DNA of 64,000 nucleotides from a bacterium. GTDB lineage: Bacteria > Zhuqueibacterota > Zhuqueibacteria > Residuimicrobiales > Krinioviventaceae. Both the position numbers and the translations under genes were made by a program. How positions within the stretch are numbered: position 1 is the stretch's first letter; every line of letters starts with the position of its first letter. The DNA lies in the NCBI GenBank assembly GCA_963693055.1, contig OY843751.1, forward strand, positions 5,664,001 through 5,728,000. The letters are read 5' to 3'. The notes under the pieces were generated by a model. It was not told the DNA's origin and did not search any database. It saw only the letters and a program-made list of their open reading frames with translations. Shown one piece after another: positions 39,355 through 49,417 of the stretch.

Positions 39355-41289
39355 TTATAAAATTCTTCTGACCTGAACGGTCTCGGTAATGTGCTTCATG
39401 ATCTCAAATACCTGGTGCGACACATTCCGGTCCACATCCACAATCAAGTAACCGATGGAATCCCGAGTTTGCAATATCTGTCCCTCAACATTGATGTTGC
39501 GACGAGCAAACACGCTGTTGATCTTGGCAAGTACACCCGGCACATTCTTGTGAATGTGCAAAATGCGGTGGGTGTTTTCCACCCGGGGCAGCTCTACCTC
39601 GGGAAAATTGACTGACCCCATTGTGGACCCGGTTTTAACATAACTGATCATTTTCTCGCTTACATAACGAGCAATATTTTCTTGTGCTTCCAAAGTACTG
39701 CCGCCAATATGCGGAGTTAGAATAACATTGGGCATGCCCTGCAATGGCGACTGGAACGGTTCATCGGTACTTGCCGGTTCTGACGGAAACACATCCACTG
39801 CCGCACCGGCAATATGGCCATATTCCAACAACTTGTGCAGCGGCTCAATATCCACAACCCGTCCACGACTGGCATTGATCAGATAACTGCCGCGCTTCAT
39901 ACGCACCAGTTCTTTTTCTCCAATCAAACCACGTGTATCAAGAGTATCCGGTACATGCAGGGTAACCACATCAGAGCGTTCGAGCAGGTCGTAAAGGTCA
40001 TTTACTTTTTGCGCATTACCCAGGGGGAGTTTATCGACAATGTCATGGAACAGTACGGTCATTCCCAGATTTTCCAGCATGATGGAAACCTGCGAGCCAA
40101 TGTGTCCATACCCCACAATACCCACGGTTTTGCCACGGATCTCGCTGCAGCCCTCGGCCTGTTTCAACCATTGACCGGAATGTGCGGCCGCGCTCTTTTC
40201 AAAAGTACGCCGCATCAGCATAATGGTTTCTCCAACCACCAGCTCGGCAACTGAGCGGGTATTGCTGTACGGTGCGTTAAAAACCGGTATTCCTAATGCG
40301 GTTGCGGTTTCAAGATCGATCTGGTTGGTGCCAATACAAAAAGCACCAATCACCCACAAGTCTTTTAAATGGTTCAACACGTTGGCGGTAAGTTTGGTTT
40401 TTGAACGGATTCCCATTACATTGGCATGCAGGGCTTTATCAATCAGCTCTTGTTCACTCCATGCCGGTTGATAACTCGCCACATTGTATTGGGCGCTGTT
40501 TAACCGTTCAATGGCAATATTGTGTACATTCTCGAGGAGAAATACATTTGGGGTATGTAAATCTTCATCACTAAAACCGGCATCTTTGGCTTGCGGCTGA
40601 TATTCTTCTGTAGAGCTGAGAAGCGGCAGCAACTGATCAAAATTATCAATGGTAAAATCCGCCTGCAAACGAATGTCTTCACGATCAATTGTACCCGCGT
40701 AATAGACAAACATTTCCGCAATACCGTTTTTCTTGACAGCAAGATCGGTAACTCCATCTCCAATAATTGCGGTAGGGCCCGTCAACCGTTCCTGACTTTT
40801 CAATTGCTCTGAAACATAAACTTTTCCCAGGGTCATACATAGTGGACCGTCTTCCTGTATACCGAGAATAGTGCCATCATCATTTGTTTGCAGATGTGTT
40901 GTAAATACATTTTCACGGACTATGCCAAGTGCATCCGTAACAGGCAGCACAACAGGTTCGGGACTGGTACTGTAGACAAAAATGTTCTTGTCCCGTGCGC
41001 GCAAAGCATCGAGCGCTTCTTTGATCTTGGGATTTATGGTATTCACAATTGCTTTGGAAACAGCCTCAACATCCTCTGCTTCTAGCTGTGTCAGCGCATA
41101 GCGGCCGCTCATGGCTTTTGTGAGGGGAATTTCACCATTGGTGCATTGCCGGGTCAGGATTTGCATCTGTTCCAGTTTTTCCGTTTTTTCTTTTTCGGGC
41201 AATCTGCTCAAAGCATGCGCAATTAACAGTTCATTGCCTTCGGCATTAATGAGAGTACTGTCAAAATCAAATATAATATTATGAATCAT
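39355..41289 (-). CDS. serA: HAD phosphoserine-phosphatase-like domain fused to D-3-phosphoglycerate dehydrogenase with ACT domain
   Basis: N-terminal FDFDSTL and GDGVTD. Then GAFCIGTNQID, NAPYSNTRSVAE, GYGHIG, TPHIGGSTLEAQ and ACT-domain HKNVPGVL. Confidence 0.92.
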   Translation of the reverse strand: MIHNIIFDFDSTLINAEGNELLIAHALSRLPEKEKTEKLEQMQILTRQCTNGEIPLTKAMSGRYALTQLEAEDVEAVSKAIVNTINPKIKEALDALRARDKNIFVYSTSPEPVVLPVTDALGIVRENVFTTHLQTNDDGTILGIQEDGPLCMTLGKVYVSEQLKSQERLTGPTAIIGDGVTDLAVKKNGIAEMFVYYAGTIDREDIRLQADFTIDNFDQLLPLLSSTEEYQPQAKDAGFSDEDLHTPNVFLLENVHNIAIERLNSAQYNVASYQPAWSEQELIDKALHANVMGIRSKTKLTANVLNHLKDLWVIGAFCIGTNQIDLETATALGIPVFNAPYSNTRSVAELVVGETIMLMRRTFEKSAAAHSGQWLKQAEGCSEIRGKTVGIVGYGHIGSQVSIMLENLGMTVLFHDIVDKLPLGNAQKVNDLYDLLERSDVVTLHVPDTLDTRGLIGEKELVRMKRGSYLINASRGRVVDIEPLHKLLEYGHIAGAAVDVFPSEPASTDEPFQSPLQGMPNVILTPHIGGSTLEAQENIARYVSEKMISYVKTGSTMGSVNFPEVELPRVENTHRILHIHKNVPGVLAKINSVFARRNINVEGQILQTRDSIGYLIVDVDRNVSHQVFEIMKHITETVQVRRIL

Positions 41290-42157
41290 TACTGTCCTCT
41301 GTTGACTTTTTGGGGATCACGCCCTGAAGCGCCTGCTTAACCATTTCTTTGGTCTCATCTGAAAATTCACCGTTAATCATCCAGTTCAGGTAATGGGTTT
41401 CATTATTCGACAACCATAAAAGTGTTTTACCCTTGTGTTTTCCGAATGCAATCACAGGCTCACCATGACGCCAGTAAAACCTTCGGTCAGGTGTCACCCA
41501 GCGATCATCATTTAAATTACAAAAAGAACCGAGCTTGCTCATATCTTTGGGCAATTCGGCATATTTGTACAATTGTGCGTTGAACACATCCAAAGTTACA
41601 CGCACATCGCCCATGGCATCGTGCGCGTCTTCATGATCGCCTCCGCAGTAATAGCGATATGCTGCGGAAAGGGTACGCGGCTCCATTTTGTGAAAGATGG
41701 TTTGCGCGTCAACAATACGAATTTTTTCAAGGTCCAATGCCTGACCATGACGGTCCAGCTCTTTTTGTAAAAAGGGTACATCAAAACGAATGATGTTAAA
41801 GCCGGACAGATCACAATCCTCCAGATAGTCTTTAACCAGCGGCGCAAAATGCGCAAAGTCGGGTTTGTCTTTTACGGTCTCATCGGTAATCTTGTGCACC
41901 GCTGAAGATTCAGCAGGGATTTGGATGCGTGGATTTACCAGCTCCTGCCACTCGTCCTGAGTGCGGTCCGGATTCACTTTCAAAAACGCAAACTGTACAA
42001 TGCGGTCAATATCCTGATCCAGTCCGGTGGTTTCCAGATCAAAAAACACCAGGGGACGTTCCAAATTCAATCCATCCAGCAATACAGATTCGGGGCCTGT
42101 ACCTGAATCTTGACTTTTTTCAGGATTTTCAAAATTAAATGTTGCCTGTTCAGTCAT
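41279..42157 (-). CDS. DEDDh 3'-5' exonuclease (DnaQ/ExoX-like)
   Basis: FDLETTG, FNIIRFD, HDAMGD and C-terminal FGKHKG motif. Confidence 0.9.
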   Translation of the reverse strand: MTEQATFNFENPEKSQDSGTGPESVLLDGLNLERPLVFFDLETTGLDQDIDRIVQFAFLKVNPDRTQDEWQELVNPRIQIPAESSAVHKITDETVKDKPDFAHFAPLVKDYLEDCDLSGFNIIRFDVPFLQKELDRHGQALDLEKIRIVDAQTIFHKMEPRTLSAAYRYYCGGDHEDAHDAMGDVRVTLDVFNAQLYKYAELPKDMSKLGSFCNLNDDRWVTPDRRFYWRHGEPVIAFGKHKGKTLLWLSNNETHYLNWMINGEFSDETKEMVKQALQGVIPKKSTEDSNDS

Positions 42158-42359
42158 AATATCTTTCTATTTTTATTTTTTAACAGTTTACAAAATACAT
42201 GTCAAACCTGCAAATAGAAATTTACTTTTATTGTTACCAGCAGTTCTCGTCCTGGCAATTTGGTCATTTTGACCCACTGGTTACCAATTGTACTAAACTC
42301 ACTTTTACAAGCAACTAAAGTAAACCAGAAAAAACAACAACTTGCAACAAAAACTTTCA

Positions 42360-42375
42360 TGGCAGACTTTTTGCT
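42360..42375 (+). promoter_or_regulatory. Sigma-54 (-24/-12) promoter of the curlin-like gene
   Basis: TGGCAGACTTTTTGCT has exact GG-N10-GC spacing. Palindrome GGTCAtttTGACC at 42262-42274 is a candidate enhancer site. Confidence 0.65.
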
Positions 42376-42408
42376 AATATAGCAGCAACAAAACAGAAAG
42401 AACTTATT

Positions 42409-42957
42409 TTGCGAACCAGCTTTTTAACATTTTTTCTTGTGCTTTTTACCGGATGCCTGTTGGCAGCAGAACATGCAGATTTAAATGCTGTAGCAATCAC
42501 GCAAGTGAATCCTTTGGAAAATGACATCCAGGTAACGTTTGAAAATGACGAATCCATCAGCAATTCTCTCTATATTGAACAAGCCGGTATGATGAATATA
42601 TCAAGTGTAGATATTAAAGGCGACAAAAACCGGCTCAATCTTGAACAAACAGGTAACAACAACCTGCTGGAAATAGAGATTGAAGGAAGTAACAATGGCA
42701 AAACCCATTCATCTGATCCGAAACTGTCTGAGGGCATCTCTGTTAATCAAATCGGTAACAACAACAATGCAGACATTTCAATTATAAACAGCAGTAATAA
42801 CAATTTCATTATAAATCAAATCGGTTCCGAAAACCTCGCGTCTATCGTTCAGAAAAATGGCAAAGAGAATATAGTCTTGATTGAACAAGGCGATGGCAAC
42901 ACGGCAATTGTTGAACAGTTTGGCAGTTATAATTCGGTTACTGTTCAGCAGCAATAA
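42409..42957 (+). CDS. Curlin-repeat (CsgA/CsgB-like) secreted protein
   Basis: Signal peptide and repeated N-x3-I-x-Q-x-G-x-x-N units ending QFGSYNSVTVQQQ. Confidence 0.75.
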   Translation: MRTSFLTFFLVLFTGCLLAAEHADLNAVAITQVNPLENDIQVTFENDESISNSLYIEQAGMMNISSVDIKGDKNRLNLEQTGNNNLLEIEIEGSNNGKTHSSDPKLSEGISVNQIGNNNNADISIINSSNNNFIINQIGSENLASIVQKNGKENIVLIEQGDGNTAIVEQFGSYNSVTVQQQ

Positions 42958-43036
42958 AACTGACCCTATACCATAAACATACAACGTGCGGTCCGGTATC
43001 ACACACTCTTTATCGGACCGTACATCCCCCCCTACA

Positions 43037-43939
43037 CTATTTTCTTACCATATCATAAACAGCGTTTAAGTCAGGCAATCCATTGCGTGCGCCCAGTTTT
43101 GTACAACATAGCGCAGCGGCGGCAGAAGCAAAGGCTAACGACTCTTTCCAGGGCATAACCCGAGATACTGCAAAGGCAAGCGCACCATGAAAAGCATCTC
43201 CTGCTCCGGTGGTATCCACGGCAGTAATACGATGTGCTGGCAACTCTCCTGTTTCTCCATCTCGCTGCCAGACCAAACCCTGATCACCATAGGTTATGAT
43301 CACATTATTGTTCAATTCTGACAAGTCTCTCAATGCCTGCGTTGGATTCACCTTACCGCACATTCCTGTTGCAAACGCGCTCGAAGCCGCCAGAATGTCC
43401 ACCTTGTCCGCAAGCAAGCGAGTACCTTCCCGTAGAGAGCCGGCATCCAGGATGGTTGTAATCTGCTTCTCACTTGCCCAATCGCATAATACTCTTGAAA
43501 TCTTTGGCTCGTGCCCGTCAAACAGAATCACTCGCGGATTTAACGATTGCAGCATGGCTTTCGTAATACTAGCTGAGGATTGCGGAACAACATCCGCTTT
43601 CCAGTTGACTACACTACGCTGGCCATCCGGTTTGACATAGATTGAGGAAACCGGCGTGTGTTGGTTCCCGCGAAAGATATAATCGGTATTCACACCTTCC
43701 CGTTTAAACTCTTGCAGATGCATATTTCCAAAATCGCCGTTGCCCAGGTAGCCCATAAATGCAGATGTACCCCCCAATCGAGCGACTGCTACTGCTGCGT
43801 TTGCCGCGGGTCCCCCGCCCATAGACGACAAGAATTCGGCAAACATTTTCTCATCACTATGGGGTTGATGTTTGATTTCAAAAATCAAATCCCAAGAGGC
43901 ATGCCCCACACACAAGACATCAAATGATTTATTCTCCAT
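43037..43939 (-). CDS. PfkB family carbohydrate kinase
   Basis: GGGPAANAAVAVARLG and VDTTGAGDAFHG. Confidence 0.92.
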   Translation of the reverse strand: MENKSFDVLCVGHASWDLIFEIKHQPHSDEKMFAEFLSSMGGGPAANAAVAVARLGGTSAFMGYLGNGDFGNMHLQEFKREGVNTDYIFRGNQHTPVSSIYVKPDGQRSVVNWKADVVPQSSASITKAMLQSLNPRVILFDGHEPKISRVLCDWASEKQITTILDAGSLREGTRLLADKVDILAASSAFATGMCGKVNPTQALRDLSELNNNVIITYGDQGLVWQRDGETGELPAHRITAVDTTGAGDAFHGALAFAVSRVMPWKESLAFASAAAALCCTKLGARNGLPDLNAVYDMVRK

Positions 43940-45476
43940 TCGGAATCAATTCTTTTAATGAATACAGATCGTTTCGCCTGTCGCGTAACTGACAAACCGT
44001 ACCGGCAAGCCGATTTCTTTTCAATACTTCAAGGTCAACATCGGCAATTACTACCGTTTCAATATTCGGCTGACACTCTCCTGCAATACCGTCCCGGGCA
44101 AATGGAAAATCAGATGGCGTAAAAATACCGGACTGGGAATAATTGATATCCATGTTTTCAACAGAAGGGATATTACCCACACATCCGGCAGTAGCAACAT
44201 AAACCTGATTCTCAATAGCGCGTGCCTGTGAACAATACCGGACCCGTAAATAACCGTGACGTTCATCCGTACAAAAGGGAACAAAAATAATATTGGCTCC
44301 TTTTTCCGAAGCAATTCGTGATACTTCGGGAAACTCTACATCGTAACAGATATTAATCGCAACCTTGCCGCGGTCCGTATCGAAAACATTGATTCCTTTG
44401 CCCGGCTTGATTCCCCACCAGCGATGCTCATTGGGTGTAATATGAAGTTTGTATTGTTTTTCAATACCACCGTCTCTTTTGAACAAATACGAAATATTGA
44501 ACAAATCTCCGTTTTCCTCACAGTAATGTGATCCGCCTATAATATTAACCGCATACTTGATTGCAAGGTTTTGAAACAAATCCAGATAATCATTGGTAAA
44601 GTTGTTGAGTTTGCGAATTGTGGTGCCGGGACGCTCTTGAGGCAAAAACGATAACAATTGCAAGGTGAAAATTTCAGGGAACAAGGCGAAATCGGCTTTA
44701 TAATTAGAAGCAACATCAACAAAATATTCACAGTTTCTGGCAAAATCATCAAAAGAGTCAATCTTGCGCATCTGGTATTGAATGCAGCAAATCCGCACCG
44801 GTAACGATGACAGATTATGTTCTGCAGGACGCGGATGGTAATGAAGATTCACCCATTCCAACAGCATGGCATATCCCCTGGACTCGCTGTCACTTTTCAG
44901 ATAATCGTGGAGTACCCGCTTAAGCACAAATCCATTGGCAATTTGAAAAGTCAACACGGGATCATAAATTTTCTGGTGCATAACCTGATCCACATATTCA
45001 TAAATATCCATTTCATGCATATACTTGTGAAAATTGGGTACCCTGCCGCCTATGACAATTCGTTTTAAATTTAGCTGCTTTGCTAATTGTTTCCGGGCCT
45101 GGTAGATACGCCGTCCAATCTTCATACCCTGAAAATCAGGATCAACCATCACTTCAATGCCATAAAGCGTATCACCTTCAATATCATGGTTGTTTATATA
45201 ACCACTGTCCGAGATCTCTTGCCAGGAATGCTTTTCAGAATATTCATCAAAATCAATGACCAGACTGCTTGAGGAGCCAATAAGCTGACCATTAAACTCG
45301 ACGCCAATCTGCCCCTCAGGAAACTGATCCAACTGACTTTTGATTTGTTCAATTCCCCAGGGTTCCATACCAGGGAAACATTTTAATTGTATTGCCTTGA
45401 TCTGTTCATAGTCTTCAATTGTCAAGGGACGGACCTTGACGGTTTTTTCAATCTCTTCCAGGTTTATTTTTGACAT
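43929..45476 (-). CDS. GNAT acetyltransferase fused to carbon-nitrogen hydrolase (nitrilase family)
   Basis: VDPDFQGMKIGRR (GNAT); FPE, KLHITP and ICYDVEFPE (E-K-C triad). Confidence 0.9.
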   Translation of the reverse strand: MSKINLEEIEKTVKVRPLTIEDYEQIKAIQLKCFPGMEPWGIEQIKSQLDQFPEGQIGVEFNGQLIGSSSSLVIDFDEYSEKHSWQEISDSGYINNHDIEGDTLYGIEVMVDPDFQGMKIGRRIYQARKQLAKQLNLKRIVIGGRVPNFHKYMHEMDIYEYVDQVMHQKIYDPVLTFQIANGFVLKRVLHDYLKSDSESRGYAMLLEWVNLHYHPRPAEHNLSSLPVRICCIQYQMRKIDSFDDFARNCEYFVDVASNYKADFALFPEIFTLQLLSFLPQERPGTTIRKLNNFTNDYLDLFQNLAIKYAVNIIGGSHYCEENGDLFNISYLFKRDGGIEKQYKLHITPNEHRWWGIKPGKGINVFDTDRGKVAINICYDVEFPEVSRIASEKGANIIFVPFCTDERHGYLRVRYCSQARAIENQVYVATAGCVGNIPSVENMDINYSQSGIFTPSDFPFARDGIAGECQPNIETVVIADVDLEVLKRNRLAGTVCQLRDRRNDLYSLKELIPNGE

Positions 45477-45781
45477 AAGATTCCTTTAATTAAAGTCATG
45501 TATATGATTCAATCTAGAAAAAAATAAATAAAAGAAAATATTTTTTTCTTTTTATTAATAAGGAATTGTTGTTTTTTTATTTAAAAAAATAGGTCAATAT
45601 TAATGAAATTAATATTAAATTCCTATTCTATTATCAAAATAATAGCTGAATTTTCGTAAATACAAACATTATTTTGATTTAAAACACTTGCGGAACTATC
45701 TCCAATTAGCCCCAAAAATATATGTTGAAAAAAACATTTTTTGTATTAGATTAATACTAGAACAAAACAACATAACACAAA

Positions 45782-46795
45782 ATGAAAAAACACACGGATC
45801 TATCTATTCAGACCTTACGGGGGTTTGCTGTTTTTTTCATCGTAATGGCCCATGTAATAGGATATAATCGCACCTTTGGCATGCATGTAGAGAACGATTC
45901 TTTTTATCGTTATTTTTATTACACACTGCAATTCCTGAGGATTCCATTATTTACAACCATTTCCGGATTTGTTTACTGCTACCGCCCCCTGATAAAAGGT
46001 AACCTTGGCCTGTTTTTAACCGGCAAAGTGAGGCGTATATTAATACCGCTGGTAACAGGCACGGTTTTAAAATATTATCTCAACCTGTTCGCAACCCGAT
46101 ACGAACCAGGCTTGTACCGGTATGCCTGGAAATTTTTTGTTTACCCTTTTGGGCATCTCTGGTTTCTGCAAACCATTTTCCTGGTGTTCCTATGTATTTG
46201 TTTTCTCGAGCTTACTGGATTGTTAAAATCCTTTCGTAATTGGGCAATAATTTTAATGCTTTCTTTTATTATCGCAATTGCAACCCGGGATACATTGCCC
46301 AACTTTTTTTCTTTTGAGAACTTGCCCTACCTGCTGTTCTTTTTCCTTTTGGGGGTAGGCCTATTCCGGTTTCCCGAACGCATACTAAATCCCAAAGCTG
46401 TATTGATCGTTTCAGCAGTGTTTGTTGCAGGTGTGGCCTTCCAACAACTGAATTGGTTCTTGAACTGGAATCTGGATGAGGATTACAAAAGTGTGATGGG
46501 ATTTTGGGTCAGCATCTCGGGCATGCTGGTCTTTTTCAGATTTCGTAAAAACATTCCCTTTATTGCCAAACTGGGGTCATATTCTTACGCGATCTATTTG
46601 TACCATCTGATTGGAACCTCTGGAATTCAATGCCTGTTCAGACAATTAAACATCTATTGGGATCCATTAATCTTTGTGGCAGCAATGACCTGTGGTGTTG
46701 GGATACCCATTTTCCTTGAACGAGAGGTATTCAGGCATCCCATTGCACGGTTGGTCTTTTTGGGACTACGGACGCACAAAAAACCAAAAGAGTAA
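45782..46795 (+). CDS. Acyltransferase-3 (OafA-like) membrane protein
   Basis: TLRGFAVFFIVMAH, PLFTTISG, HLWFL and SYAIYLYH. Confidence 0.88.
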   Translation: MKKHTDLSIQTLRGFAVFFIVMAHVIGYNRTFGMHVENDSFYRYFYYTLQFLRIPLFTTISGFVYCYRPLIKGNLGLFLTGKVRRILIPLVTGTVLKYYLNLFATRYEPGLYRYAWKFFVYPFGHLWFLQTIFLVFLCICFLELTGLLKSFRNWAIILMLSFIIAIATRDTLPNFFSFENLPYLLFFFLLGVGLFRFPERILNPKAVLIVSAVFVAGVAFQQLNWFLNWNLDEDYKSVMGFWVSISGMLVFFRFRKNIPFIAKLGSYSYAIYLYHLIGTSGIQCLFRQLNIYWDPLIFVAAMTCGVGIPIFLEREVFRHPIARLVFLGLRTHKKPKE

Positions 46796-49417
46796 CTAGA
46801 GTAGTTCCAGACAAAAATTCTGAAAATGTACTTTGCCATGTCCCGGACCATGGACCAAGCCTACACTTGTTAACAGATCAGGCTGGGTGTGGTTTGTCTT
46901 GAATATTACTTGATCATTCACCCTGCATTCCAGAACGCCCTGTCTTTGGATAACCGTCAGAACAAAACTGGCAATATCATAGTCCAGTGTTTTTTCCGCC
47001 AACACGTTTTCCTTCCGTTGCACACCAAACTTTAATCCATCCCGGTCACTGGTGATCCCTAAAAAGCCAAACATATCATTATTCTGATGATCAAAAACCA
47101 GTCCGCATTGCTGTATTCCGCCATTTTCCATATCATCTGGCTTTTGCTCAAGACACAGTTCCACAGAGAGCTTAAAATCCTCCTTTGTGCCCTCACCCAA
47201 TAGATACGCAGTGCTTTCTGTCATAGTGGATGTGGCATGACCACGATAGATTTCGAATCCCTCATTCTTCCACTCGGAGCCGCTCTCCGCATAGTCGATA
47301 TTCCCGGGTGCCCGGTTAAACGAGTCGTAAATCCATACCCGGGGGAAACGATAGCGAGGCAATTCCACAATATTCCGGATCATGTACCGGGTCAGGATCT
47401 GCCGGATTTCGTTCAAATGCACAGGCACATCAGCAAGGTATCCCGGCTTTACCAGTTTTTCCAGCTCTTCCTTACTGAACATGGTTTTTAAAAACTCTTC
47501 CCGTGTCAGGGGCCATTCATCGGCATCAAAACTGAATCGGGGTTGTTTGATTTCCCGATATCGGTTCAGCAGCTCAATTGCTTCGGTGTGAATGGGATAC
47601 GTGGGCTGCCACTGGTCTGTAATATTGTGTGGAGGAATACCCAGCACACCCGCCATCTGTTCAAAAGGAAATTGCGGTGTACCAGCTATGGCATTTTCAA
47701 AATAGACAATAGCGGTATTCAACCGACTGACCAGCAGCCATTGCAGTTCCAGAGTATTGACCTGCGATACCGGTACATTATGCTGTTTTGCCAGAGCGAT
47801 CATTGCTGCCGCAGCCACACCCAAATGGTTCATGCTGGACCCCGCTCTGAGTGACGATTGCGCCATAAAGGTTGCCGCAGGCGTCCCGGGAGAAAGATAA
47901 TTGTCAATCATGCTGTAGTCCGGCTCTATCACCTTGCGCGGCAGACTGTGAAAATTGAGTCCCGATGCTTCCGGCACGCAATAGGTAAAAGCCGAGCCCT
48001 CGGGGCCCGCACCCGGGGGACTAGGTACGCTTTTAGCGAGGATTGAATGATAGTCGATTTCCAGAAGGGGTACGCCTATACCATCAGACACCCACCAGGA
48101 TTTTTCATGAAAGTAGGGTCTTCCCTCACGACGAAAGAACAACTGGCCGCCCAGGGGATCAGGAACATCCAGACGCGCCAGCACGCGATGATACAAACGG
48201 CACCCAACATACTGATCTCCGCCATAACTTGTGGTGCCAAAATCAGACAGCTTCCACGGTGCACCGTTGGTTTCGAACGATTCTTTATCAAAACCAAACC
48301 GCTTGCCTTGCGGTGTATTGTTCTGATAGTAATACATGGACTGCACCGTAAACAGAAACGCCTGTTGTTCAACATAGCGTTTCCACTTCCACACATCATC
48401 CTGGCGTAGATAGTGTGTACCGTCAGGCAATTTGTACCACTCGGGTAAGGACTTGAGCGGTTCATTGCCTGAAAACCGCCATACCTGCCTTCCGTTACGG
48501 TTACCGCCGGGACGTTTCTCGTCTTTCAGATATTCAAAATTTGCAGCATCATAACCTTCAGGAGGTTTGGCCAGCAGCCACGGTGCATTATCCGGTACAT
48601 CTGCACCTTCGGGAGCATATTCTTTTAATGGCGTTACAGGACTGGCGGCCATGGAATTGTCTTCGGTCTCGGACGCGCGATCACAATACTGTTCCAGCAG
48701 CGGCACCATACCGCTGAGAATGGGACCGTTTTCGCGTCGGGTTGCAAACATGCGCCGTCCTGCAAAAGCTTCCATATTGCGGGTGGGGTCTTCATCCGCG
48801 TGCATGCCTTCACGCCCGAATATCAACGGCAGATCAAATGCCTTTGCTCCATAGCCTTCGGGGGTGCCATCTATGGCATATTGACAATGTATAGTAATGA
48901 CCTCTCCCGCTTCCGAGATCACCGATACCTGCTGTACCCGCTTTTGCGTGTCTAGCACTCCGGAATGCGGCTGGGGCAGGTAACCGGTAATGATCTTTAT
49001 ATTTTCATAACGGCTGATCAACGAATAAAGAAAATCGATACTGGGACCAGGTGGTGCAACACGTCCGTCTTTGCCCGCGGTAGACGAGCCTGAGGACTGG
49101 TTGGTGTGCCTACGCGCAAAGGTATCATACACGTAATTGATGCCGCCCACACAACGGGCTGATACGGCAATGTCGGTGGGGATAAATTGGGTAAAATCCC
49201 CGCCAAAGTCCCGTTCATGCGCCAAAACCAGCAGGGTTTCAATGCCCAGTTCACCCGCGGCCCACACCGCGCCCAGACCGGCATCGTCACCACCCAAAAT
49301 CACCAACTCGGTGGTGATCTCTGTAGGCGGATTCTGCCAGACGGAAGCAGCGCCCAATGACACAAAAAGTAACATGCTGATCATAGTATAAAGTAATCCG
49401 AATTTGAAACCTTTCAT
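46796..49417 (-). CDS. Exported FAD-dependent oxidoreductase-like protein (divergent) with C-terminal beta-sandwich
   Basis: Signal peptide, LVILGGDDAGLGAVWAA Rossmann-like start, IDGTPEG, GRE, SSLR...GVAAA. Resembles PF12831-type proteins. Confidence 0.55.
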   Translation of the reverse strand: MKGFKFGLLYTMISMLLFVSLGAASVWQNPPTEITTELVILGGDDAGLGAVWAAGELGIETLLVLAHERDFGGDFTQFIPTDIAVSARCVGGINYVYDTFARRHTNQSSGSSTAGKDGRVAPPGPSIDFLYSLISRYENIKIITGYLPQPHSGVLDTQKRVQQVSVISEAGEVITIHCQYAIDGTPEGYGAKAFDLPLIFGREGMHADEDPTRNMEAFAGRRMFATRRENGPILSGMVPLLEQYCDRASETEDNSMAASPVTPLKEYAPEGADVPDNAPWLLAKPPEGYDAANFEYLKDEKRPGGNRNGRQVWRFSGNEPLKSLPEWYKLPDGTHYLRQDDVWKWKRYVEQQAFLFTVQSMYYYQNNTPQGKRFGFDKESFETNGAPWKLSDFGTTSYGGDQYVGCRLYHRVLARLDVPDPLGGQLFFRREGRPYFHEKSWWVSDGIGVPLLEIDYHSILAKSVPSPPGAGPEGSAFTYCVPEASGLNFHSLPRKVIEPDYSMIDNYLSPGTPAATFMAQSSLRAGSSMNHLGVAAAAMIALAKQHNVPVSQVNTLELQWLLVSRLNTAIVYFENAIAGTPQFPFEQMAGVLGIPPHNITDQWQPTYPIHTEAIELLNRYREIKQPRFSFDADEWPLTREEFLKTMFSKEELEKLVKPGYLADVPVHLNEIRQILTRYMIRNIVELPRYRFPRVWIYDSFNRAPGNIDYAESGSEWKNEGFEIYRGHATSTMTESTAYLLGEGTKEDFKLSVELCLEQKPDDMENGGIQQCGLVFDHQNNDMFGFLGITSDRDGLKFGVQRKENVLAEKTLDYDIASFVLTVIQRQGVLECRVNDQVIFKTNHTQPDLLTSVGLVHGPGHGKVHFQNFCLELL

